In this document: positions 49,770 to 60,060 of the stretch, one piece after another
How positions within the stretch are numbered: position 1 is the first letter of the stretch
Layout: each line of letters begins with the position of its first letter
Assembly: GCA_963777315.1 (NCBI GenBank)
Contig: CAVZQC010000002.1
Coordinates: forward strand, 384,001 to 448,000
Origin: Vulcanimicrobiota bacterium
Lineage (GTDB): Bacteria; Vulcanimicrobiota; Vulcanimicrobiia; Vulcanimicrobiales; Vulcanimicrobiaceae
Direction of reading: 5' to 3'
DNA: 64,000 nucleotides
The notes under the pieces: generated by a model
The model's database searches: none
Told to the model about the DNA's origin: nothing
Seen by the model: the letters and a program-made list of their open reading frames with translations, nothing else
Translations under genes and position numbers: made by a program

Positions 49770-52700
49770 ATGCGTTTGACGGCGATTGCAGCGACGTTGG
49801 CGGCGTCTGCTGCGCTGATGAATGCACCGGCATATTCGCAGACTGCCGCAGATCCCGTTGCGCTGGTCGATCCGTTCGTTGGAACGGCCGGCACGCAGGG
49901 CGTGGGGCTCATCGACGACTATCCGGGCGCCAGCGCGCCGTTCGGGATGCTGCAGTGGAGTCCGGACACGCCGACGCTTCCGCCCAGCGGCGGATATTTC
50001 TATCGCGACAAAGCGATCTCCGGATTCAGTTTGACGCATGTGTCCGGAGCGGGCTGTTTCATCTACGGCGACTTCGCCGTTCTTCCCACGCTGGGCGAGA
50101 TACGGAATCCGGGCAGCGCAACGCAGCCCTTTTTGCACGCCGGTGAAGCGGCATCGCCAGGCTATTACGCGGTTTCGCTCGGCGAGCCGGCGATTCGCAC
50201 GCGGATCGCGGTGACGCCGCGAACCGGAATCGCCGAATTCACGTTTCCCGCCGGCCCGCGCGCGAATCTGCTGATCGATACGGCTTCCGATCAGGCCGGC
50301 GTGACGGACGCGCGCTTTCACGTCGTCGGCCCCGATGAAGTCGCCGGTTCGGCGACCAGCGGCGGATTCTGCGGAATGCCCAACGTGTACACCGTGTATT
50401 TCGACATGCGCTTCGACCGGCCGTTCAGTTCGTACGGCACGTGGAAAGACGCCGCGACGACGCCGGGCGGCAGTACCGTGAGCGGACCGCACAGCGGCGG
50501 CTGGGTGACGTTCGATGCGACCGGCAATCCGACGGTGCGCGTGAAGGCCGCCGTGTCGTACGTCAGCGAACGCGCGGCGCGCGACAACCTCATTGCCGAG
50601 GCGACGAGTTGGAGCGTCGACCAGGTTCATGCGGCGACCGCATCGGCATGGCGTTCGTTGCTGGGTGAAGTGCGAATCTCCGGCGGAACACCGGCAGAGC
50701 AGCGTATGCTGTACACCTCGCTCTACCATGCCCTCCTTTCGCCTACGCTGTTTAGCGACGCGGACGGAGCGTACCGCGGTTTCGATGGGGGCGTGCATCG
50801 CGGCTTGGCGGGCCACGCCCAGTACGCCAACTTTTCGGGCTGGGACATCTATCGAACGCAGGTGCCGCTGATGGCGCTGCTCGCGCCGCGTCAAACCGGC
50901 GACATGATGGAGTCGCTGGTGCACGACGCGCAGCAGGGAGGATGGCTGCCGAAGTGGCCTGCGGCCGACGGGTACACCGGCGTTATGGGCGGCGATTCCG
51001 CGGACCCGATCATCGCGGCGGCGTACGCGTTCGGCGCGCGCGATTTCGATCGGATTGCAGCGCTGCGCGCCATGATCAAAAATGCCGACGACGCGCGCAG
51101 CGCGCTGGGGCAGCAATGGTTTCGGCCGCGGCCCGGATTGGCCGAATACCTGCAGCGCGGCTACGTGGTCAACAGTCATACGACGTCGGTTTCACCGGTA
51201 CCGAACGGCGCATCCGAGACGCTCGAATACGCGCTGGATGATTTTTCGATCGCGCAATTCGCGCACGATGTTTCCCGGCCCGGCGTTTATCGCAGATTCA
51301 TGCGCCGTTCGACGAACTGGGCGACGCTCTTCGACGAATCGACCGGCGCGATCGCGCCGCGCGACGCCGACGGCGCCTTCATGCGCACGCCGATCACGGC
51401 CAACGGGCAGAGCGGCTTTCAGGAAGGCAACTCGGCGCAATACACTTGGATGGTTCCACAGGCGCTCGGTTCGCTCGTGGCGGCGCTTGGCGGTACGCCG
51501 AACGCGCTCGGGCGTTTGGACGCGTTCTTCAGCAAGCTCGACGCCGGACAAGATCAGCCGTATGCCTGGTTCGGCAACGAACCCACGCTGGGATCGCCCT
51601 GGACCTATCTGTATGCGGGTGCGCCGTATCGCGCGCAAGCGGTGAACCGCGCGGTGATGCTGTCGCTGTATGCGCCGACGCCCGACGGCATTCCGGGCAA
51701 CGACGATCTCGGAACGATGAGCGCGTGGTGGGTTTGGAATGCACTCGGATTGTATCCGATCAACCCATCGGTTCCGGTGCTGCTGCTCGAAACGCCGTTA
51801 TTCTCCCATGTGACGATCGCCTCGCCGTCAGGGCGCCGGATAGACGTCGATGCGCCGGCGGCTTCCGACACCAATAAGTACCTGCAATCGTTGCGCGTGA
51901 ACGGTGCCGCGGCGAATCGGGCTTGGGTGGTTTTGCCGCAGCGCGGCACGCTTGCGCTGGACGAGGTCGCGGGCGCAACGCCCAACGTCGACTTCGGACG
52001 GTCACCGCAAGACGCGCCGCCGAATTACACGCCGGGCCTGCTGCATTTTCCGCCGTCCACGGCTGCCGGTTTAGGCGCCCCGGCACGTATGCTGGATCTG
52101 CCGCCGGGAACTTCCGCGCCGCTCGCCTTTACGGTTACGAATCTTCCGGGAGGAGCGGCCACGCAAGTCTCGTGGACCGCGCAGTCGCCGGCCAATCTCT
52201 CCGTCTCGCCCCCTCGCGGCCGCGCCGAGGTCGGCGCAGCCGCAGTGCCGGTGCAGACGATTGTTTCAGCGGCTGCATCGACGCTCTCGGGTTTGTATAA
52301 CGTTGTCCTGCGCGCGGTCGCGCGCAACGGCGCGCCGCTCGCGCATGCCGCGGCGGTCGTGCGCGTGGCGCGTGCCGGCCAAACGCTGCCTTTGGCGTAT
52401 GCCGCCAACTTCAGCGACGACACGATCGTACCGATCGATCTGCGCACGCACGCGTACGGCAACGCGATTCCCGTCGGCAATCGACCGGGGGACTTGGCCG
52501 TCGGTTCGGGCGGCGCGCGCGCGTACAGCGCAAATCAAGGCAGCAACGACGTGAGCGTCGTCGATACGGCCGCTCAAAAAACCGTGGCCGCGATCAAGGT
52601 CGGTAAAGTGCCGGCCGGAATCCGCCTAACGCCCGACGGCAAAGCGCTCTGGGTGACCAACTACGGCGATGGTACGGTACAGCGGATCGACACGGCAACA

Positions 52701-53262
52701 CTGCGCGCGGGCGCGCCGATTGCCGTCGGCTCACAGCCCGAGGAGCTCGCGATCGCGCCCGATGGTTCCCGGCTGTACGTGGCGGATCAAGGATCGAATC
52801 AGGTCTCCGTGCTCGACATTGCCGCCGGCAAGGTCATCGCAACGATCGGCGTGGGCGATCATCCGATCGGGATCGCCGTTTCACCCGACGGCAAGCGGAT
52901 CTACGTCAGCAACGCGGTCTCCAACGACGTGAGCGCGATCGATGCTTCGTCGCTGGCCGTTCTCGCGCGTATTCCGGTGGGCAAGGCCCCGCAAGGCATG
53001 GCGTTTTCGCCCGACGGCTCGCAGTCTGTACGTGGCCGACTCGGGCTCTTCGCAGGTGACGCCGATCGACGTGCGCGCCGACGCGGCGCGCGCGCCGATT
53101 GCCGTGGGCAACGGACCGTTCGACGTCGTCTTCAGCGCCGACGGAGGCACCGCATTCGTCACCGACACCGGCGACAACGAAGTGCTGACGATCGACGTGC
53201 GCACGCAAACGCCCGGCGTGTCGATACCGACCGGAAACTTCCCGATTGCAATCGCGCGGTGA
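49770..53262 (+). CDS. GH92 alpha-mannosidase fused to an Ig-like domain and a 7-repeat YVTN beta-propeller (apparent frameshift at 53025)
   Basis: VDPFVGT, PFGMLQWSPDT, SGWDIYRT, SETLEYA, FQEGN..QYTW, PGNDDLG; seven Y/W-V-x-N/D repeats from about 52390. Confidence 0.9.
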
Positions 53263-53273
53263 CGCGAACCGCG

Positions 53274-54443
53274 CTAATACGTTCCCGCGAATGCCGGTGA
53301 AAGCGAAATATCGGCTTGCCCCGTTGCGCCGGTAAGCGTTGGAGTCTGCGAGGTGTTCGTCGGCGGTTCGGCTTCGAACTGCGGATAGTCGAAGGTGGCC
53401 GCGTACACTAAATACTGATCGCCCGATGTAATCGAGACGCCCGGATGCGACGTTTGGCAGCCGGAAACCAGTACCGTGCACACGCCTAAGGTATCCGGCA
53501 AAACGAACGTCAGCGTGCCCGTACCTTTCATCGGCGGGCTGGTAAAGTACAGTTTCGCGCCGACGTCGACGATATAGATCATCGTTTCGACGATGCGCGG
53601 ATCGCTTGGAACCGCAACGGTCGCCGTACCGCCTCCCTTACCGTCGGAAACGAACGTCGGCGCAGGCAGTGCAGGCAACGGCGTGATGCTCGTGAGCGTC
53701 GCACTTGCGGTAAAGCTTGGCGAACCCGCATTGGTTGTGGCCACGACGTCGGTCAGCGTGTATTGTCCGGTTGCCGGCGCTGCGTCAAAGGCCGTAAAGC
53801 CGGTCATGTATCCGGCGAAGCTGCTGAACTCGGTGCCGTCGTTAAAGAACGGCACCGCGGGCGGACCGACGATGTACGGCTGCGGCGGGACGCCCGGCAC
53901 GCCGGGCGGCACGGCGCCTGTAACGGGAATGGTCGCGACGTAGAACGGCTCGCCCCACGCGGGATTCGGACCGCTGGCCTGGCCGGGATAAAACGCCCCG
54001 TTGCCGTTGGTATCGTTGTTGAAGTCGGCCAGACCCGATGCGAAATCGCCGCCCACGCGGCCGAACGTCGTGAGCTGCGCCGGCAGCGGAAGATACGACT
54101 GCGGTAGTGCGGTGATCGAATGCGTCCCCGCGTCGGCACCCGAACCGCCGTCGCCGTTTCCTACGCCGAAGCTCGTCGCGGGCACGGTGAACCCTGAAGG
54201 CCCGGCAATCGACGGCGTATTGACCAGCGCCGCCGACAAGCCGTTGGTTTGCCGGAACGTCGAAACGACGTTCAAGCCCGTGGTGCCGTCGGGAAGCCGC
54301 GCAGTGCCTACAGCCAACTGAATTTTGCTGCTCTGCAGAGTCGTGCCGGGCGTTTGCGTCGGCGTAAATGATCTGCCGTTCGTCAGACCGCCGCACCCGC
54401 TCAGGAACGCGCCTGCAACAATGACCGCCGCTATTCGTTTCAT
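53274..54443 (-). CDS. hypothetical lipoprotein downstream of the TonB-dependent receptor
   Basis: AGGAG RBS; lipobox FLSG|C; Pro/Thr/Gly-rich, beta-type composition. Confidence 0.8.
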   Translation of the reverse strand: MKRIAAVIVAGAFLSGCGGLTNGRSFTPTQTPGTTLQSSKIQLAVGTARLPDGTTGLNVVSTFRQTNGLSAALVNTPSIAGPSGFTVPATSFGVGNGDGGSGADAGTHSITALPQSYLPLPAQLTTFGRVGGDFASGLADFNNDTNGNGAFYPGQASGPNPAWGEPFYVATIPVTGAVPPGVPGVPPQPYIVGPPAVPFFNDGTEFSSFAGYMTGFTAFDAAPATGQYTLTDVVATTNAGSPSFTASATLTSITPLPALPAPTFVSDGKGGGTATVAVPSDPRIVETMIYIVDVGAKLYFTSPPMKGTGTLTFVLPDTLGVCTVLVSGCQTSHPGVSITSGDQYLVYAATFDYPQFEAEPPTNTSQTPTLTGATGQADISLSPAFAGTY

Positions 54444-54452
54444 GCGCAGCTC

Positions 54453-57400
54453 CTAAATGTGAATGGTGTAATAAACGTAGAACGTGCGTCCGATCGCGTT
54501 GGGAACGTTGATGTACGCCCCGCGCCCGTTGACCGAACCGCCGGTAGTCTGACACGTTTGCCCCGCGGACGGGTTGGGCGTGCAGTTCGTGTTGTAGCCG
54601 GTGAGCGGGCCGCCGATGCCCGTCGCGACGGGTTGATAATTGCCGTTGAGCTTCATTCCGGCCGTGCCTTGATAGTATGAAGTGCTATTGAGAATGTTGA
54701 ACGGGCCGCCGCTGATGAGCCCGAAGTCGCCGATGGGATACGTCGGTCCCGAATACGCTTCGTTGAAGAGATTGTCGATCGTGAAGCCCACGGCGCCGAC
54801 GCCGATGGTCTTTTCCAAGGTCAGTTCCGCGACCAAGTTCGCATGGGAGAGCTGGCCTTGCGGCTGATTGGATTCCGGCGTGCCCAGCGTTGCTGCAACG
54901 TTGGGTTTGAACACCGATCCGGGGTTGGACGGATCGACGAACTGCGTGTTGCCGTTGCTGAGCACGTTGCCGTTAGTGGCGTTGACGTGCGGCACGACGT
55001 AGTTCACGCCGCCGTAGCTGAAGCTGGTCAGCAATCCGTCGCCGTACGGATAGCCGTCGTCGTAGTCCAACCGCATCTGGGCTCGCCAGCCCGAATGCGT
55101 GCGATACGATGCCGCCAGCGTCGAAGTGAACGGCGAAACGTATCCCACGCGGTAGAGCCCGCTGGCCGCCAGCGGATTGAGCAAGCCGTGAAACTCGTCG
55201 GCGTTGGGCACGTTCTGGCGCACGTTATTGTACGTTGCCGAGATCTGGCCCGAAAGTCCGTACGGGTTTTCTTTGGTGAGGTAGAACTCCAGGCCGTCGG
55301 CGATTTCGAGCCCGTCGTTGGTCGGGATTGAATAGAGATAGTTTGCCACGCTGCCGTTCGGACTGATTATGACCGTGTTGAACAGCGTGCGCTGCGGAAC
55401 TTTCTCGGTGATGTCCAGATCGTAGGCTCTACGCGTCCAGCCGGTAAGCTTGACCGAAACGTTGTGCGGGAACAGATGCGAATACGACACGTCGAAGTTG
55501 CTGTACGTCACCGGTTTGAGCGGCGCGACGGGATTGCCGAAGTCGCCGTTCTGAACCGACCAGTACAACTGCTCCTGATACGATTGGCACGGCACGTTGT
55601 ATCCGGTAAAGCCGCAGTCCACCGGAATCCCGTGCGTCCCGTAATAGTCGTTCGGATCGGTGCTTCTAAAGACGCCGCCGTTGTAGTTGTAGACGTGCGT
55701 AACGGCGTACATGCCCGGATTCAAATAGGGCGCAAGGCCCGCGAACTGGCTGCCGTAGTCGAACGGCGGAGCGTAGTCGCTGGCCTGGCCTTCGGGGAAT
55801 CTCGCGGTGCGTCCGTAGGAAAAGCGAACGGCGTCGTTTGCCCCGATTTGGTAAGACGCCGCGAAGCGCGGTTCGGGAACGACGGGATTGGTTTGGTCTT
55901 TGGTCAGCGGCAGAAATACCGCTTTCGGGCAGTTTCCCGGCCCGACCGGCTTACCGTTGACGAATGCGCCCGTTTCGCCGTCCGGCAATACGCCGGGCGA
56001 AGGCGTCGCATACGCGACCGGGATGTAGTACGAGGTGCAGTCGGGCAGTCTGTCCATACGGCGGCAAGTGATACCGGTGATTTTCGATGCGCACGCCGGC
56101 GTCGATTTTCAAGCGCTGGTTGGGCGTCCACGAGTCGCCCACGCTGTAGTCGAACGACGAGCCGGTGATGCGCGTGCCCGCGCCGCCGGGAATCAGTTTG
56201 AGCGTGCCGGTCGGACCCGTAATGTTCAGCGCCTTGTACAGATGCCCGCAGTAACTGTTGCCGCTGGGATCCGATCCGAGCGGGCAGTTCGGATCGCTGG
56301 GCGAGATGAAGTCGTACAGCTCGCCGCTGCTGACTCCAAACGCCGGCACGATGTTGAAGAGCTCGTCGTTGGGGAACAGACCCTCGTTGAGCGGACGCTC
56401 GCGCAAGGTGTGCACGTTCAGACGCAGCAAGTTCTTTTCGCTCAGCTGCTTGGTCATCCCGGCGTTGAACTCCGCGTTGTAGCCGCCGATGACGCGGTAG
56501 AGCGCCGAGTTCGGACTGTCCGACGTCGTCGCGCCGTTGGTCGTGTCCGCCCCGGCATAGATGTACGTCGACGAATCCGGATTCCACGTGAACTGCAGCT
56601 TCGAACCGTTCGATATTCCGTGTTCAGAGTATTCGGGACTGCCGCCCAAGAGTTGGTACGTTTGCGTTTGGCCTGGTGAAAACACGAGCAAGCTTTGAAT
56701 CTGCTGCACGGTCAGTCCGTGCGGATTGCCGTTGAAGTCCACGACGCCGGCATAGCCTGCTCCGTTCGGATAATTGCCGGGCCCGGCGGCGAAGGCGTTA
56801 ATCTGATTTGGGTCGCACGAAAAATAGCACAGGTTTCTCGACAACGCGTCGCCGTAGCCGCCGTCGGTTTCGTGCAGGCCGGTGTTGATCAGCAACTGCA
56901 GTCCGAACTTGTCGTTGCGCCCCCACTTGTACACGGTGTTGCTGAGCAGCTCGCGATCCGTCAGATACATCGGAAAATTCTCGACCCCGATGTCGTTGGC
57001 GTTGTCGGTCCAGTACGTTCCGCCGTAGCGTGGCGCGTCGTTATGGGCGGTATAGCTCAGGTACTCAGACCAGCGCCCGTTGGGCGTTGCGATGCCGTAT
57101 CCGAAGTCGGCCGAATGGAAGAAACCCGGGCCGCCGACCCCGAGCGCCGCGTCCGCCGTTCCGGGATACGTGCCGCGGCGCGCCGTTACGTTGACCGTTC
57201 CGACGCCGGAGTTGCCGAAGGTTTCGTTCTCGCTGCCCGGGCTGAGCTGAACCGAAGCCAGGCCGAAGGCCGGAAAGTTGAAGCCGTTGATGTTGCGCTG
57301 GGTGTACGGATCCGTGTAGTTCATGCCTTCGAACTCGTAGTCGACGTTGTTCGTGCGGCCGCCGCGGATTGTCGGGTAATTGCCCGAGCTGTACTGCACG

Positions 57401-57900
57401 CCCGGCAGCGCCGTGAGCAGACTTTTCTCGCTGATGTTCAGCGGGCTGCCTTGAATCGTGCTGATTTGCGCAGGCGTCACGGTGTAGGTGTCCGCGGTTT
57501 GATGCGGTTGGAACGCCCCGCCTGCCGAGCGCACGCGCACCTCAGCGATCGTCTTGAGCGACCGGCGCATCTGCACGTTCACGGTCGAAACTTGGTCGGG
57601 GGCGACGTTCACGCCCGTTTCGGAAACCGGCTCGTAGTCGCGGATTTGAAAGCTGAGCGCATACGTGTCGGAGCTTACTCCCGCCATTGCGTAAAAGCCG
57701 CGAGCGTCCGTCACGGCGCGGTACGTTCCGCTGGGCGATACGGCCGCAACCGCAACGTCGGCCAGCGCTTTGCCCGAGGATGCGTCCGTCACGACGCCGG
57801 AGATCGTTCCAACGGTGCTGGCTGCCGCCGGAGCGCACATTTGGACGAGAAATGCCAAGCCCAGCAGTATGCCTAAAAGGCCCCGGACACGTCGGTTCAT
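54453..57900 (-). CDS. TonB-dependent receptor with carboxypeptidase-regulatory-like N-terminal domain (apparent frameshift near 56049)
   Basis: GTISGVVTD..TDARGFY; plug LPGV..IRGGR..G.VNVTARRGT; barrel DSWTPN..LKIDAGVRIE, EPRFAASY, RFSYG, GRTFYVYYTIHI; about 1148 aa restored. Confidence 0.88.
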
Positions 57901-57975
57901 CGTTTCGCCCTCCGCAAGCAGGCCGACGGCTACGTCAGCCGCCTAACACTACGTCGCGAGAGTGCCCAGCCCTGC

Positions 57976-57990
57976 AAACATCGGATGAAA
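57976..57990. promoter_or_regulatory. putative FadR operator AAACATCGGATGAAA upstream of the TBDT
   Basis: 13-nt identity with the box at 31746. Confidence 0.65.
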
Positions 57991-58015
57991 GCACGCGCCG
58001 CAAAAAAAGTCGGAA

Positions 58016-59320
58016 TCAGTCGAGAATCAGCCGGCGGATCCCCCGCTGCGCCAGGTATGCGCGCTCGCCGGCTCGGCTGCGTAAAACGATCTGAGGACGC
58101 GCGCCCCGCTCGATGAGCTGCATGTAGCGAGCCAGCAGATCGTCCGAGCCTCGATCGGCCGAGATGACCAGCGCTTCGGGGCGGGGCAGCACCGCGGGCG
58201 GGTGCGCGTCGAACTCGCGGATGACCTCGCGAAACGCGCGCCCCAGCGGTTTGATCTTGCGGTCGTTGGTGTACAGGCCGAGATCGTATTCAAGTGCGTT
58301 GAACCCGGTGAATCGCCGGTTGACGTCGTGCGAGCACCACCACGTGATTCCGAAAACGTGGGCGCATGAAGCCGCGTTGCGAATCGAGGCTTGCGCCCAC
58401 TGCGGTATCAGGGCTTCATTCATCCACTGCTTGGAGCAGCCGTCTTCCTCTATCCAGAGCGTACGCGTACCGTGCGGCGAAAACGCCTGCATGTACTGCA
58501 GCAAAAATTCCGCGTAATGCTCGGCCGCCGCGCTGAGCGGGCCGTACGTTTTGTAGATCGGTCCGAATCCCGCCCACGGATGCACGCAGCTCGCCGCACC
58601 CGCGCGAGTGAGCGCCGCGCGCGTGAACCCTTGCGCCCGGCCGGCTTCATACGGCCATTTGTCCACGCCGTTGACGTGCAATTTCCCGGGCGCAAGGCGC
58701 TCGCAATCTGAGAGCAGCGACTCCATCCACGCATCGCCCTGCTGCGGCGTGTACTCGACTTTGAGCGGCTGGGTGAACCAATAAATCTCGTTGGCGATGT
58801 CGAAGCCCAGAAAGCGCCGATGGCCGCCGATGCGCTGCGCGAGCGCCGAAAACAAGCGCTTCTGCGCGTCGATCAAACGGGGGTCGACGATGAAATTGCC
58901 GATGCGCCCGTCCTGGTTGTCGATCAAAAACGGCGGAACGAAGAGAAAGCCGCTGAGCTGTCCGTCGAGCACGGTGACTTCGACGTCGAGCTCGGCTGCA
59001 TCCGCGTCGTCCAGGAGCATTCCCAGATGTTCGATCGGTTCGCTGCGGACGGCCGCGGCATTGGGTTGGAACACCGGCCAGAGCAGCTGAATGCGGATGT
59101 GATCCGCCTCGAGCGCGGCGATGTCGGCAAGGTCGCGGCGAATCGAGTCGCGATCCCAGTCGCCCCAGCTGTACCACCAATTCTTGGTCGGCACGTAGTT
59201 CACGCCGAAGCGTACCCGCCGTCGCGACGCCCGCGTTGCCCCCGCCGCCGGCAAGCCGGCTGCAAGCGCCGCCCCGGACGCGCCTGCGATGAACTGCGCG
59301 CGCGTGGTCGAGCGCTTCAT
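58016..59320 (-). CDS. GH5 subfamily-18-like beta-mannosidase
   Basis: RFGVNYVP..WWYSW, DHIRI..LWP.FQPN, GQLSGF, ANE, VHPW, WIEE, TWWCSHD, LEYDLGL. Confidence 0.8.
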   Translation of the reverse strand: MKRSTTRAQFIAGASGAALAAGLPAAGATRASRRRVRFGVNYVPTKNWWYSWGDWDRDSIRRDLADIAALEADHIRIQLLWPVFQPNAAAVRSEPIEHLGMLLDDADAAELDVEVTVLDGQLSGFLFVPPFLIDNQDGRIGNFIVDPRLIDAQKRLFSALAQRIGGHRRFLGFDIANEIYWFTQPLKVEYTPQQGDAWMESLLSDCERLAPGKLHVNGVDKWPYEAGRAQGFTRAALTRAGAASCVHPWAGFGPIYKTYGPLSAAAEHYAEFLLQYMQAFSPHGTRTLWIEEDGCSKQWMNEALIPQWAQASIRNAASCAHVFGITWWCSHDVNRRFTGFNALEYDLGLYTNDRKIKPLGRAFREVIREFDAHPPAVLPRPEALVISADRGSDDLLARYMQLIERGARPQIVLRSRAGERAYLAQRGIRRLILD

Positions 59321-59350
59321 CGGACCAGGGGTTCTGCGGCGGTGCGGTAT

Positions 59351-59363
59351 AAACATCCGACGA
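59351..59363. promoter_or_regulatory. putative FadR operator variant AAACATCCGACGA
   Basis: In the 44-bp GH5/cutC divergent gap. Confidence 0.5.
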
Positions 59364-59364
59364 T

Positions 59365-60060
59365 TTGAGCGCGCCGGCGACCTTGGAAGTCATCGTCACG
59401 ACCGCAGCGGAGGCGCTGGCCGCGCAGCAATACGGAGCATCGCGCGTCGAACTGGTGGCGCATCCCGAGCGAGGAGGGCTCTCGCCGCAGCTGGGCGTCG
59501 TTCGCGCGGTTCTGGGGGCGGTCCGAATTCCGGTGCATGCCATGCTGCGTCCGCACGACCGCGGTTTCGTCTACGACGCGGCAGACCGGCGCCTGATGCG
59601 GCGCTGCGCCGCCGGTTTGGCACAAGCCGGCGTGCAGGGCATCGTGTTCGGTGCACTCGATTCCGCAGGCACGATCGACACGGAGTGTTTGAGCGAGATC
59701 GTCGACGCCGCCGCCGGCGTGCAGATGACGTTCCACCGCGCGTTCGACTTGTGCGCGCATCCAATCGACGCGTTCGAACGCCTGGCGAAATTCCCGTTGG
59801 TGACGCGAGTGCTGAGCGCGGGGTGCGCGCCCGACGCGTGGAGCGGGCGGGAATTGCTGCGCGAGCTGGTTACTCGCACGACGCCGGCGGTGTTGGCCGG
59901 CGGCGGCATAAACGCTGAAAATGCCGCCGCGTTGACGGCCTTTACGGGAGTTCGTGAAATTCACGTGGGCAGCGGCGCGCGGACTGCGGGAAGCATCGAT
60001 CCCCAAAAAATCGCGCGCCTCGCGCGTATCGTGCGCGCCGGCCGGCCGGTCAGCCCTTGA
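59365..60060 (+). CDS. cutC: CutC-family TIM-barrel protein
   Basis: LEV, GASRVEL, GGLSP, MLRP..GFVY, GIVFGAL, TFHRAFD, RVLSAG, LAGGGI, EIH. Confidence 0.92.
   Translation: MSAPATLEVIVTTAAEALAAQQYGASRVELVAHPERGGLSPQLGVVRAVLGAVRIPVHAMLRPHDRGFVYDAADRRLMRRCAAGLAQAGVQGIVFGALDSAGTIDTECLSEIVDAAAGVQMTFHRAFDLCAHPIDAFERLAKFPLVTRVLSAGCAPDAWSGRELLRELVTRTTPAVLAGGGINAENAAALTAFTGVREIHVGSGARTAGSIDPQKIARLARIVRAGRPVSP

Noticed and set aside
52390..53262. Periodic repeats as a possible CRISPR or DNA repeat array
   Set aside because: Protein-level YVTN repeats with divergent codons; no constant repeat-spacer structure and no cas genes
5130..56055. Programmed frameshifting, phase variation or genuine pseudogenisation at the indels
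   Set aside because: No slippery heptamers or long homopolymers, no nonsense decay, and unrelated genes are affected; the AGCT context favours sequencing error
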